A stretch of DNA of 48,048 bases from Verrucomicrobiales bacterium (GTDB lineage Bacteria; Verrucomicrobiota; Verrucomicrobiia; Verrucomicrobiales; SLCJ01), in NCBI GenBank assembly GCA_046075565.1, contig JBJTQJ010000009.1, forward strand, positions 1 to 48,048, in the 5' to 3' direction. The notes beneath the pieces are model-generated. The model did not search any database, was not told the origin of the DNA, and saw only the letters and a list, made by a program, of their open reading frames with translations. The position numbers and the translations under genes are program-made. Positions 1 through 11,409 of the stretch are shown in pieces (the stretch's first letter is position 1; each line of letters begins with the position of its first letter).

Positions 1-219
1 GTGGATGGCTTCCTCCAGCGCGTTCTCCATGCTACGGGTGACCGTGGAAATGATCCTCGCCTCGCGCGCGTAGATCGAAGCCGCATTGAGGGATTTGGCC
101 AGTCCAACCACGGCGATGGCGAAAACGGCGAGGGCAAGCAAGGCCTCCAGCAGGGCCGCACCCCTGGGGCGCCCCGCCAGGGCGTGACGTCGCGATATGG
201 GACTGGCTGAGGGATGCAT
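1..219 (-). CDS. Prepilin-type N-terminal cleavage/methylation protein (pseudopilin-like), 3'-truncated by the window edge
   Basis: Not in the ORF track. Manual translation from ATG 219: MHPSASPISRRHALAGRPRG^AALLEALLALAVFAIAVVGLAKSLN... Basic leader, Gly(-1), Glu(+5), hydrophobic helix. Frame stays open to base 1. Confidence 0.75.
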   Translation of the reverse strand, partial: MHPSASPISRRHALAGRPRGAALLEALLALAVFAIAVVGLAKSLNAASIYAREARIISTVTRSMENALEEAIH

Positions 220-342
220 GGGGGTTGGGGCTGCCGCGCTCGGTTGCCAGTGCGGAAGCGCCGCCGCTCCTCCGGTTCATCTGGCAATGACCCGCCCATC
301 TTCGCACAAAACCGTTCACCGGGCAAATGTTCCGGAGAGTCC

Positions 343-1536
343 TCAGACCCCGAGTTCCTTTTTCACCGCCACGAAGGCATTAACCGCCTTTTCCAGCATG
401 GACCGGTCATGGGCCGCGCTGATCTGCGTGCGGATGCGGGCCTTGCCCTCGGCCACGACCGGATAGAAGAATCCGATGGCGTAGATCCCGTGGTCGAGCA
501 GTCGTTCGGAAAACTTCTGGCTCAACGCGGCATCACCGAGCATGACCGGACAAATCGGATGGTCCGCACCCGCGAGGGTGAATCCGGCCTCGGTCATGGC
601 CCGGCGGAAGTAGAGCGTGTTCTCTTCGACGCGGTCGCGCCATTCCGTGGTGGCCGAAAGCATCTCGAAGACCTTGATCGAGGCCGCGACGATGGGCGGC
701 GCGATGCTGTTCGAGAAAAGATAGGGGCGGCTGCGCTGGCGCAGGAGATCGATCATTTCCTTGCGCCCGGACGTGTAGCCTCCGCTGGCGCCTCCGAGGG
801 CTTTGCCGAGGGTCCCGGTGGTGAGATCAATTTTTCCTAACAAACCCCTGTATTCGTGGGTTCCGCGTCCGGTCGAGCCGAGAAATCCGGTGGCATGGCA
901 ATCGTCAAAATGCACTACGGCCCCGAACTCGTCGGCGATGGCATGCACTTCATCGAGTCGCGCGATGATGCCATCCATGGAGAAGACACCATCGGTGCTC
1001 ACGAGCATGAAACGGGCGCCCTCCGCCTTTGCCTGCGCGAGTTTGGCCCGCAGGTCGTCCATGTCATTGTTGGCATAACGAAAACGCTTCGCTTTGCAAA
1101 GCCGGATACCATCGATGATCGAAGCGTGGTTGAGTTGGTCGGAAATGACCGCATCCTCCGGGCCGAGCAGGGTTTCGAAGAGCCCGCCATTGGCGTCGAA
1201 GCAGCTCGGATAAAGGATGGTGTCTTCCGTGCCGAGGAAAGCGGAGATGGTTTCTTCCAGTTGGCGATGGACGGTCTGGGTGCCGCAGATGAACCGCACG
1301 CTCGCCATGCCGAAGCCCCACTGGTCGAGCGCGGAGCGTGCTGCTGCCACCACATCGGGATGGTCCGCGAGACCGAGGTAGTTGTTGGCGCAGAGGTTGA
1401 TCACCTCGCGGCCGTCGCGCAAGCGCACGAGGGCATTCTGCGGCGAATCAATCAGGCGCTCGCGTTTAAGGAGTCCGGCCGCTTCGATGCCTGTGAGCGT
1501 TTCTTTGAGATGGTTCTGGTAGTCGGTGGGATACAT
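343..1536 (-). CDS. kbl: Glycine C-acetyltransferase (2-amino-3-ketobutyrate CoA ligase)
   Basis: [34 protein letters not shown]-lysine motif, [13 protein letters not shown]. Follows tdh. Start taken at MYPTDY (ATG 1536). Confidence 0.95.
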   Translation of the reverse strand: MYPTDYQNHLKETLTGIEAAGLLKRERLIDSPQNALVRLRDGREVINLCANNYLGLADHPDVVAAARSALDQWGFGMASVRFICGTQTVHRQLEETISAFLGTEDTILYPSCFDANGGLFETLLGPEDAVISDQLNHASIIDGIRLCKAKRFRYANNDMDDLRAKLAQAKAEGARFMLVSTDGVFSMDGIIARLDEVHAIADEFGAVVHFDDCHATGFLGSTGRGTHEYRGLLGKIDLTTGTLGKALGGASGGYTSGRKEMIDLLRQRSRPYLFSNSIAPPIVAASIKVFEMLSATTEWRDRVEENTLYFRRAMTEAGFTLAGADHPICPVMLGDAALSQKFSERLLDHGIYAIGFFYPVVAEGKARIRTQISAAHDRSMLEKAVNAFVAVKKELGV

Positions 1537-1583
1537 CGCGGAAAGGGAATAGAATGGATTGATGAATTGGAGACCAGCGGCGG

Positions 1584-2609
1584 TCACGTCCAGTCGAGCA
1601 CGACTTTGCCCGATTGACCACTCATCATCACGCCGAAGCCCTCGGCGAAATCCCGTGCATGGAATCGATGGGTGATCACCGGCGAGATGTCGAGTCCGGC
1701 CCGGATCATCGAAGTCATCTTATACCACGTCTCGAACATTTCACGGCCGTAGATGCCTTTGAGGACAAGGCCTTTGAAGATCACCTTGTCCCAATCGACC
1801 ACGAAGGCACCGGGGAAAATTCCGAGCAGGCTGACTTTCGCCCCATGGCTCGTGTGTTCGAGAATGTCGCTCAGCCCGCTCGGGTGGCCGCTCATTTCCA
1901 GACCGATGTCGAAGCCCTCGCGCATGCCGAGTTCCGCCACCACATCCGACAACTTTTCTTTGGCGACATTCACGGCCCGGGTCGCCCCGAGTTTCAAAGC
2001 CAGTTCCAAACGATAGGGGTTCACGTCGGTCACGACGACATGGCGTGCCCCCGCGAACCGGCAAACCGCCGCCGCCATACATCCAATCGGCCCCGCGCCC
2101 GTGATCAGAACATCCTCCGCCACCAGATCCCAACTCAACGCCGTGTGCACCGCGTTACCCAGCGGATCAAAAGTGGAAATTACCTCTTCGGGAATGGAGG
2201 TGGAAACTTTATACACATTCCGGTACGGAATGCTCAGGTATTCCGCGAAGGCCCCGGGGCGATTTACTCCCACCCCCTGCGTGTGCGGACAAAGATGATG
2301 CCGACCCGCCAGGCAATTCCGGCAGCGACCGCAGACAATATGGCCTTCGCCGCTAACCAATTCGCCGGGCTTCACATCCGTAACACCGCTGCCGACCGCC
2401 TCGACCACACCGCAGAACTCATGCCCGACCACCATCGGCACCGGAATCGTCTTCTGTGCCCATGGATCCCATTTCCAGATATGGACATCCGTCCCGCAAA
2501 TGGATGTCTTGCGGACACGGATGAGCACGTCCATCGGACCGACCTCGGGTTCCGGGACGTCTTCCATCCACAGGCCGGGCTCGGCATATTTTTTAACCAA
2601 TGCTTTCAT
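1584..2609 (-). CDS. tdh: L-threonine 3-dehydrogenase
   Basis: [14 protein letters not shown], structural Zn motif CGRCRNC...[21 protein letters not shown]. Confidence 0.96.
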   Translation of the reverse strand: MKALVKKYAEPGLWMEDVPEPEVGPMDVLIRVRKTSICGTDVHIWKWDPWAQKTIPVPMVVGHEFCGVVEAVGSGVTDVKPGELVSGEGHIVCGRCRNCLAGRHHLCPHTQGVGVNRPGAFAEYLSIPYRNVYKVSTSIPEEVISTFDPLGNAVHTALSWDLVAEDVLITGAGPIGCMAAAVCRFAGARHVVVTDVNPYRLELALKLGATRAVNVAKEKLSDVVAELGMREGFDIGLEMSGHPSGLSDILEHTSHGAKVSLLGIFPGAFVVDWDKVIFKGLVLKGIYGREMFETWYKMTSMIRAGLDISPVITHRFHARDFAEGFGVMMSGQSGKVVLDWT

Positions 2610-2776
2610 AAAATGCTTACCGGAATACGATTTCGGACGTCGGATTTAAAGAAGTCTGGAACTTGGCTTCCGCAACCAATTTCGGAGGTTCCGGCCACCA
2701 GAATGGCTGGTTTTCAGGACAAAAATTCCCCCGGTTGCGGCGGCGGCAGGAAAATGCCACATTAGCTGCCCCCTGA

Positions 2777-4060
2777 ATGGCCGCCATCCCGACACCACCC
2801 GGTTTCCACGACTTCTACCCCGACGACTTGCTCGTCCGCCAATACCTGTTCGAGGTCTGGCGCGGGGTAGCCCGTCGCTATGGGTTCGTCGAATACGAGG
2901 CCCCAGTCGTGGAAATGACCGAACTCTACCGCCGCAAATCAGGGGACGAAATCCTTTCCCAACTTTTCCACTTCACCGACCAAGGGAACCGCGATATCGC
3001 CTTGCGGCCGGAATTGACCCCCTCGCTCGCCCGGATGGTCGCGGCGCGCCCGAATGATTTCCGCAAACCCCTCAAGTGGTTCGAAATCGGCGCCTGTTTT
3101 CGCGGCGAAAAGCCCATGCGCGGTCGCCGCCGCGAATTCATCCAATTCAATGCCGATATTCTTGGTGATGCTTCGCCGGCCGCCGATGCCGAACTCATCG
3201 CGTTGGTCATCGACACGCTCCGCGACCTCGGTTTCCAGTCCGGTGACATCAAGTTTCGCCTCTCCAGCCGCACGGCCTGGCAATCGTTCCTCGACCGCCA
3301 TGGCGTCACATCGGAGAATGCCGCCGCCGTGCTCGGATGCATCGACAAACGGGAACGCGATCCAAAAGGAAGCGCGGAAAAACTCGCCGCTCTCGGCGTG
3401 GCCGATACCGATGTCGCCGCCTTCATTGCCGATCCGGAGAATGCCCGCGTCGCTATCGCACCCGTGCTCGATGACCTCGCCGCTCGTGGCATGGGCGATT
3501 GGGTCACGCCCGATCTTTCCATTGTGCGCGGACTCGCCTACTACACCGGCACCGTCTTCGAGGTCTTCGATGCCGCCGGTGAGATGCGCGCCGTCGCCGG
3601 GGGTGGACGTTACGACAATCTCGTGGGGGTTATCTCTGATGGGAAGGTCGAACTACCCGCCATCGGCTTCGCCATGGGCAACATCGTCGTGCTCGATCTG
3701 ATCCAACAAACCGGTGAGCCGAAGATGCGCCTTGATGCGTGGCTGCATCGTCAGGCTGCTGCCGATGTCTTTGTTATCATCGCCGACGAAAACAAACGCA
3801 CCGAAGCTCTTGCCACCGTGCAGCAACTCCGGTCCGCCGGATTCTCGACCGACTACCCGCTCGGCGCGGCCCGCTTCAACAAACAATTCCAGGCCGCCGA
3901 CGCCGTCCGTGCCACGGTCGCCGTCATCATCGGAACCGAATTCCCCGACCTCTCGGTCAAACACCTTTCCTCGCGCCGCGAAGTCAAAGCCACCCCAGGC
4001 ACCCTACTAACCACCGTCAAAGAGCTTCTGGAAGGCCCAGCAGGACCACTCATCGCCTGA
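2777..4060 (+). CDS. hisS: Histidine--tRNA ligase
   Basis: LRPELTPS, motif 2 FRGEKP..GRRREFIQ, VRGLAYYTG, GGGRYD, C-terminal anticodon-binding domain. Confidence 0.93.
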   Translation: MAAIPTPPGFHDFYPDDLLVRQYLFEVWRGVARRYGFVEYEAPVVEMTELYRRKSGDEILSQLFHFTDQGNRDIALRPELTPSLARMVAARPNDFRKPLKWFEIGACFRGEKPMRGRRREFIQFNADILGDASPAADAELIALVIDTLRDLGFQSGDIKFRLSSRTAWQSFLDRHGVTSENAAAVLGCIDKRERDPKGSAEKLAALGVADTDVAAFIADPENARVAIAPVLDDLAARGMGDWVTPDLSIVRGLAYYTGTVFEVFDAAGEMRAVAGGGRYDNLVGVISDGKVELPAIGFAMGNIVVLDLIQQTGEPKMRLDAWLHRQAAADVFVIIADENKRTEALATVQQLRSAGFSTDYPLGAARFNKQFQAADAVRATVAVIIGTEFPDLSVKHLSSRREVKATPGTLLTTVKELLEGPAGPLIA

Positions 4061-4061
4061 T

Positions 4062-4115
4062 CAGAAGACCTAAAACTCTAAACCTGAGACCTGAAACAAG
4101 AGCCAACTTCAGACC
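4062..4115 (+). repeat. Degenerate heptamer tract after the hisS stop
   Basis: Units aagacct/aaaactc/taaacct/gagacct/gaaacaa. Confidence 0.5.
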
Positions 4116-4124
4116 GCCTCCAGC

Positions 4125-4220
4125 GAACGCCACAGCCTGCCCGCCGTAGCCTCTGGCGAAGGCTGGGTCCTCGTCAACATGCCTCCCGACCACGCTGGGA
4201 ACGCCGACGTCCTCGTCGGC
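4125..4220 (+). repeat. Two tandem REP-like palindromes; the first is interrupted by a 33-nt insert
   Basis: Intact ggaacGCCGACGtcctCGTCGGC at 4198-4220. Interrupted gaacgccac[4134-4166]gtcctcgtcaac at 4125-4178. Confidence 0.65.
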
Positions 4221-4297
4221 AATCAAACGCGCCGCAAAAGCAAAGCCCAATACTTCCCGACCCTCATCCATCATCCTTCACACTTCATCCTGCTCCC

Positions 4298-6054
<1,757 letters not shown>

Positions 6055-6082
<28 letters not shown>

Positions 6083-6729
6083 ACGAGAAACGATTCCGCC
6101 TGCTCGGGGTCCCGATCCAGACAAGTTTCTGGTTCTTTCCCGCCATGGCCGGGATCGGTTGGATCGTGTCCGACGATCATCTTCGCATCATTCCCATCTT
6201 CATGGTGGTAATGACCATCGCCGTTCTGGCGCACGAGTTCGGCCATGCCTTGGTGGGACGCTGGTTCGGTGGGCGAGGACCGGAAATCTATCTTGTCTTC
6301 TTCGGCGGACTCTGCGCCTTCCGCCACGCGAACTTCACCCGCTGGCAGGAGATGGCCATGGTGGTTGCAGGACCAATGGTGAATATTCTGCTGGCCGTGG
6401 CCTGCCATTTGGCATTGGACCTCGGTTTCAATTTGCATGGATTGGCGGTAGAGTTTCTCATCCGGTTCTATGCCGTGAATCTCGTGCTTGGAATCCTCAA
6501 TCTGGTTCCCGTCCTGCCTCTCGATGGTGGCCATATCCTCCGGCTGCTCGTCGGCCGTAGCAAATTGCATTTGGTTTTCCTCATTGGCATCCTTGGCAGC
6601 ATTGCCATGATCCTGCTCGCCCTGAATTTCCGCGACTACCTGCTGCTCGCCTTCTTCGCGTTCTTCGCCTGGTATAACACGGGGAATGTTCTGGCGTGGT
6701 GGAGATTGCGGGGAAAAGGGGAAGCGTAA
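6055..6729 (+). CDS. Site-2 protease (peptidase M50) membrane metalloprotease
   Basis: HEFGH, AGP, NLVPVLPLDGG and several TM helices. Start uncertain: ATG 6055 or CTG 6079 overlapping the aspS stop. Confidence 0.88.
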
Positions 6730-6815
6730 GCCCGGCTCACGGAAAAGGAATACGGGCATCGTCGCCCGATACTGTTTGTTTAGCACCACAATCAACAATT
6801 CCAGAGCAGTTTTAG

Positions 6816-6963
6816 GGCAAGACCGGGCCTACTTCGCCAAGGCTTCGAAGGCTTCAACGGTCTTGCTACGCTTCCGATGGACCCACACTGGGCGATCTAC
6901 TTGAGTTTCCATGTCAATCGTAGCAAGAGCGTCTCGCTCTTGCTCCAAGGGGTGGGGCGAAGG
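6816..6963. repeat. REP-doublet (REPIN/MITE-like) element, copy 1, with nested insert
   Basis: Inverted GTAG-tagged palindrome gcaagaccggg[6828-6856]acggtcttgctacg, a 48-nt spacer, then cgtagcaagagcgtctcgctcttgc (6919-6943). Lies between convergent genes. Confidence 0.75.
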
Positions 6964-7062
6964 AGAGGAAGAGAATTCCGAAAAGAGTGCACAGTGTCAG
7001 GTATTTGACAGGATGCCCGTTCGCCCTTATTCTTCTCGAAGAACGTGCTCGCCCGCTTCCTG

Positions 7063-7881
7063 TCACCGCCCAGGAGCCTGTTGGATAATTCTCATCCATT
7101 CTTCCAGGTTTTCCCGCCCCATTACCGCGCTGAACAGAAGATTCAGTGCGAAGAAAAAGAGCACGAAGCGGATGATTTGGATCGGCCGGATTGGTTCGCC
7201 GCGCACTTGCAGCCCGAGTTTGCGATCCCACCAGGTGGAGGAATTCCGCATCAATCCAACATAATGGAATAGCCAAGCGACCATCGCCGCGAGACTGTAG
7301 TAACAGGCATTACCAATCACCAGCACGAGCAACGAACGTTGCCATGCCACCGCGGGCGCGGGGAAACCTCCGCCGCCTTTGTTGACCACCCGCAATCCGA
7401 GCAGGATTTTCCCGGGAGTAGTTCCGAAAACCGACAAACAAATCGATTCCGGCAGCGCCATGAGGGAATAGGCAATCAGAAGTTGCACCGGATTCAGCAG
7501 GAAAGGAACAATCGGCTGCCCGATGATACGCAGGAATGCCACGCAGATGGTGAACCAGATCATCAAGTCCATCGAGCGGGCGAGGAAGCGCGACCACGGG
7601 CGCGGTGGTTCGCCGTCCGGATAAAGCACGTTGCGATTCTCACCCGATGCCGGCGCACCATCCCTGTTGGTGAAGTCTTCCGGCAACGGCGGGGGAACCG
7701 GTTCCTCCGATCGTTCCTGCAACCCCAAAGCGGGCAAATCCTTGAGCGGCATCCAATTTTCGCATCCTTCGTGCCAGCCCAAGATCTTTTCCGTCACTTC
7801 GCCGCGCTCCAAACGCCCGCGCACCTCCCAAGGATGGAAGGGGCCGGTTTTTTGGCCATTTTCGGCGAGGAAGATGCGCAT
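7063..7881 (-). CDS. RDD-family membrane protein with N-terminal GYF_2 (DUF4339)-like domain
   Basis: N-terminal NGQKTGPF...GWHEGCENWMPL, then PWSRFLARSMD, GTTPGKILLGLRVV and WWD RDD motifs. Confidence 0.85.
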   Translation of the reverse strand: MRIFLAENGQKTGPFHPWEVRGRLERGEVTEKILGWHEGCENWMPLKDLPALGLQERSEEPVPPPLPEDFTNRDGAPASGENRNVLYPDGEPPRPWSRFLARSMDLMIWFTICVAFLRIIGQPIVPFLLNPVQLLIAYSLMALPESICLSVFGTTPGKILLGLRVVNKGGGGFPAPAVAWQRSLLVLVIGNACYYSLAAMVAWLFHYVGLMRNSSTWWDRKLGLQVRGEPIRPIQIIRFVLFFFALNLLFSAVMGRENLEEWMRIIQQAPGR

Positions 7882-7901
7882 GGGGGAAAGATACGTGAGT
7901 T

Positions 7902-9518
7902 TTACTCTTTGCGCAAAGCGCGCCCGGGGTCCATGCGCGCCACCATCCATGCCGGAGGCAGGGCGGCGAGTGAGCAGAGGAGAAATGCGCCGCCGCAGAT
8001 GTAGGTCATGTCCGTGGCAGTGAGCAGCGCGGGTATGCGATCGAGGCCGTAGGTCGCCGCCGGGAAGGGATCCATACCAAAATGACCCAGGAAAGCCTGG
8101 ATCTGGTCGCGGAACCGGATGGTCAGTCCCGCGAGGCCGAGTCCGCAGAGCGCGCCGATGAATCCGACGATCATGCCTTGGATGAGGAAGACATTGACGA
8201 TTTGTATCTCACGCGCACCCAGTGCCTTCATCACGCCGATTTCTTTCGCTTTCTCCACCGTGATGGTAATCATGGTCACCATGATGCAGAAGGCCGCTAC
8301 CACCATGATCATGAAGAGGGCGAAATACATCATGCGACGTTCGTTGGCGAGCGCATAGAAATACTGCTTCAGGTCGGGGCGCTCCATCCAGGGAAACGGA
8401 GTCAATCCTTCCGGCAAAAATGGCCGCACGGCTTCGGCGGTGGCTTTCGCCTCGTAAGGGTCCCCGCCACGCAAGGCGATGCTATGCACGGTGTCACCGA
8501 GACTGTAGAGTTCTTGTCCGATATGCAGGGGCACGAACACGGTGGGCGAGGTCGGAGTGGGCGGCTGTTCGAAGATGCCGGTGATCTTGAGTTCCTTGGG
8601 CAGCACGAGTTCCTTGATTTCTTCCAGAGCTTCCTTGTTGTTGCTCTCGACCGGGGCGTTGGCGACCGTCTCAAGATCCGCAAACATCGCCCTCGCTGCT
8701 TCTTTGGGATAGATCGCCAGCGGAGGTTCCTGCTTTCCGGGGGTTGAAAGCAGCGTCAACGAACCTTCAAGGATGCTACGCTCCGATGGCTTGAGTGATC
8801 CCGCTTCCAGCACCTTCATCATCCAGTCCGCCAGTTTCTCCGCCACTTCCACGGTCACGGCCATTTCCTCCGGATTCTCCCGGCGGTTCGCCCTTGCGGT
8901 GGTGTCGAATTCCCCTAACAATCCCTTGAGGGTTTCTCCATGGGCTTTGGAAATCGGATCCCGTTCCGCCTCGTGGAATGCCTCCAGCACTTGATCGAGG
9001 TGACCTTGCGAATAGAGCGTGATGGTATCGCCGACGCTGACTTCAAGCGAACGGGCCACGACATGGGAAATGACCGCGCAATCGCCTTGGTCGAGATCGA
9101 GCGTGCCTTCCTTCAGTTTCGTCTCCGCTTTGACAACCGGGTCATCACCGGGGAAGGCTCGCATACGCTGGGCATCCCGGCGTCCATTTGCATCGGCCAG
9201 CACCATCCCCTCGACCATCGGCTGCACCGCCTTCACATCTGGAATTCCTTTCAATTTTTCCGCCACCTCGCGCCATCCGAACATTGGATACGGAGGGCTA
9301 TCCTTATCGAGTCGGTTCTCCACGAAGACATGGGCTTCGAATTTCAGGAGCATGTCCTTGGTGCGTTGGGTGAAGCCGCTCATGATCGCGATGACCACGA
9401 GCATGATCCACACCCCCAGAGCCACCCCGGCCACGCAGATGAGCGTGATCACCGAAACGGCATGGCGTTTCGGACGCAGGTAACGTCGGGCGAGAAAAAG
9501 GCTGAAATTCCTCCGCAT
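7902..9518 (-). CDS. LolC/LolE-type (FtsX/MacB-like) ABC transporter permease
   Basis: FLARRYLR, GVALGV..VV.AIMSGF, EKAKEIGVMKALGA, C-terminal PAWMVARMDPGRALR. Longer than usual (538 aa). Confidence 0.88.
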   Translation of the reverse strand: MRRNFSLFLARRYLRPKRHAVSVITLICVAGVALGVWIMLVVIAIMSGFTQRTKDMLLKFEAHVFVENRLDKDSPPYPMFGWREVAEKLKGIPDVKAVQPMVEGMVLADANGRRDAQRMRAFPGDDPVVKAETKLKEGTLDLDQGDCAVISHVVARSLEVSVGDTITLYSQGHLDQVLEAFHEAERDPISKAHGETLKGLLGEFDTTARANRRENPEEMAVTVEVAEKLADWMMKVLEAGSLKPSERSILEGSLTLLSTPGKQEPPLAIYPKEAARAMFADLETVANAPVESNNKEALEEIKELVLPKELKITGIFEQPPTPTSPTVFVPLHIGQELYSLGDTVHSIALRGGDPYEAKATAEAVRPFLPEGLTPFPWMERPDLKQYFYALANERRMMYFALFMIMVVAAFCIMVTMITITVEKAKEIGVMKALGAREIQIVNVFLIQGMIVGFIGALCGLGLAGLTIRFRDQIQAFLGHFGMDPFPAATYGLDRIPALLTATDMTYICGGAFLLCSLAALPPAWMVARMDPGRALRKE

Positions 9519-9618
9519 CGGAAATTCCCACCAAAGCGCCGGATCGGGCTCAAGACAACCACTTCCGGCAATCCCGTAGCGTCGAAAATGCCCCGGCGGC
9601 GCACCCGGGACCCACGGC

Positions 9619-10470
9619 TCAGCCCATGACCAAGTCCGCTTTCACGGCAAAGTGATCACTGGCCCAGCCGCCACCCGGAGTTTTTGGTCGCAAGACGACC
9701 GGATTCTGCGCGGTGATGCCCCGGAGAAAGATATGGTCGATGGCGTGGGTCGAGCCCTCTGGTTTCCACCCATTGCTGGTGCCGGGTCCTTCACCATTGG
9801 CGGCTGTCGCTGGCGCGCGAGTCCAACCCGCCTCCGGTGTAAAGGCTCGCGTCGGCGGCGAATCCGGGACTGCATTGAAGTCTCCCGCCACGATGGCAGG
9901 CCCATCCACCTTGGCCGCTCTTGCCGCCAATAGAGCTCCGGACTTCTCACGAGCGAGGGCGGAGCGGTGATCGAAGTGGATGTTGAATAGATGCAAGACT
10001 TTGCCTGATGGGCGATGCCGGAGTTTCGCCCATGTGCATATGCGGGGCAGGGAACTCTCCCACGATTTTGATCCCGGCACGTCCGGTGATTCGGAGAGCC
10101 AGAATGTGCCACCATCGAGTTTCTCGATACTCGGTTTGTGCCAGGCGATGGGGCAGGCTTCTCCTTCGCCATCCACGGCCTCTCGTGTGCGCGAAAAGAA
10201 TTCCCACTCGGGCAGACGGGATTTGAGATCATCCAGTTGGCTGACCAGCACCTCCTGCAAACCGGCCAGCACCGAGTTTTTTCCAATGACCTCCGCCACG
10301 GTATCCCGACGCGACTCCCAGCGGTTCGGTCCGTCTGCCGGATTGGCGTAACGAATGTTGAAGGTGAGGAAAGGCAAGGTCAGGCTCTGCTCTGCCCGAA
10401 GAAGTGGGGCGACGGACCATGCCGTGGCTCCGGCCAAGATGCGGCGCCGGGTGAAGATGTTCGCATTCAT
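9619..10470 (-). CDS. Endonuclease/exonuclease/phosphatase (EEP) family protein with Tat-like signal
   Basis: TFNIRY, GLQEV, GDFN, IDHIF, SDHF motifs. N-terminal TRRRILAG..LLRA. Confidence 0.88.
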   Translation of the reverse strand: MNANIFTRRRILAGATAWSVAPLLRAEQSLTLPFLTFNIRYANPADGPNRWESRRDTVAEVIGKNSVLAGLQEVLVSQLDDLKSRLPEWEFFSRTREAVDGEGEACPIAWHKPSIEKLDGGTFWLSESPDVPGSKSWESSLPRICTWAKLRHRPSGKVLHLFNIHFDHRSALAREKSGALLAARAAKVDGPAIVAGDFNAVPDSPPTRAFTPEAGWTRAPATAANGEGPGTSNGWKPEGSTHAIDHIFLRGITAQNPVVLRPKTPGGGWASDHFAVKADLVMG

Positions 10471-10589
10471 TCCCGCAGGCTATCATGCGTCCACGGGAGA
10501 TCAATGGTTTTCCAGCCGGCTTCTGCTTGAGCGGCGTCTTGGATTGGAAACAGACTGGTTTTCCTCCCTTTTGGCGGCTAGAATGAACC

Positions 10590-11279
10590 ATGAAATCTCC
10601 CGTTGTTCTGATTACCGGTGCCACACGCGGTATCGGTTTCGCCGCCGCCCAACAACTCGCGCATCGCGGGGCTACCGTCATTGTCGCCAGTCGGGAACTA
10701 GCGCGCTCGGAAAAGGCCGTGTCCGCGATCGGCGGCACCACGGAACCGCTGCAACTCGATATCACCGGCGAATCCTCGCTGCGGGCCGCCGCCGTGGAAA
10801 TCGAGCGAAGGCATGGTCGTCTCGACGTGCTGGCGAACAACTCCGCCATCCTGCTCGACCACTACGAAAGTTTGACCACGCTCAAGCCGCAAGTGTTGAG
10901 GGATACCATGGAAACGAATCTCATCGGCACGTTCCGGGTAACCATGGCCATGTTACCGTTGTTGGAGAAATCGGATGAGCCGAGAATCATCAACGTTTCC
11001 AGCGGGGCTGGTCAGCTCGACGGCGAACCGCAACCATGGGCACCCGCCTACTCGATGAGCAAGACCGCTCTCAACATGCTCACCCAACAACTCACTGCCG
11101 CCTTGCCCGGTATCATGGTCAACTCCATGTGCCCTGGTTGGTGTCGCACCGAAATGGGCGGACCCGGCGCCCCGCTCAGCGCGGACGAAGGGGCCGACAC
11201 CCTCGTCTGGCTCGCTCTCGATGCTCCTCACGAACTGCGATGGAATTTCGTAAAGCAACGGAAGGTCATTCCATGGTGA
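10590..11279 (+). CDS. Short-chain dehydrogenase/reductase (carbonyl reductase-like)
   Basis: TGATRGIG, NNSA, NVSSG, YSMSK catalytic YxxxK, PGWCRTEMG. Confidence 0.92.
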   Translation: MKSPVVLITGATRGIGFAAAQQLAHRGATVIVASRELARSEKAVSAIGGTTEPLQLDITGESSLRAAAVEIERRHGRLDVLANNSAILLDHYESLTTLKPQVLRDTMETNLIGTFRVTMAMLPLLEKSDEPRIINVSSGAGQLDGEPQPWAPAYSMSKTALNMLTQQLTAALPGIMVNSMCPGWCRTEMGGPGAPLSADEGADTLVWLALDAPHELRWNFVKQRKVIPW

Positions 11280-11409
11280 AATGGGAATAAAGTGTTCACA
11301 GCCTACCAGACTGTCGGCCGTCCCGGCGGGCTTCCGGAAATCCGCCGGAAAAGTAAGCATGGGCCGCCCTTGACAGAATCAACTGTCCATCGGCGTAGGA
11401 TAGGCACTT

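Noticed and set aside
6816-6963. CRISPR mini-array from repeat-spacer-repeat layouts here and at 45540-45636
   Set aside because: The arms are inverted and non-identical, there are only two units, and there are no cas genes.
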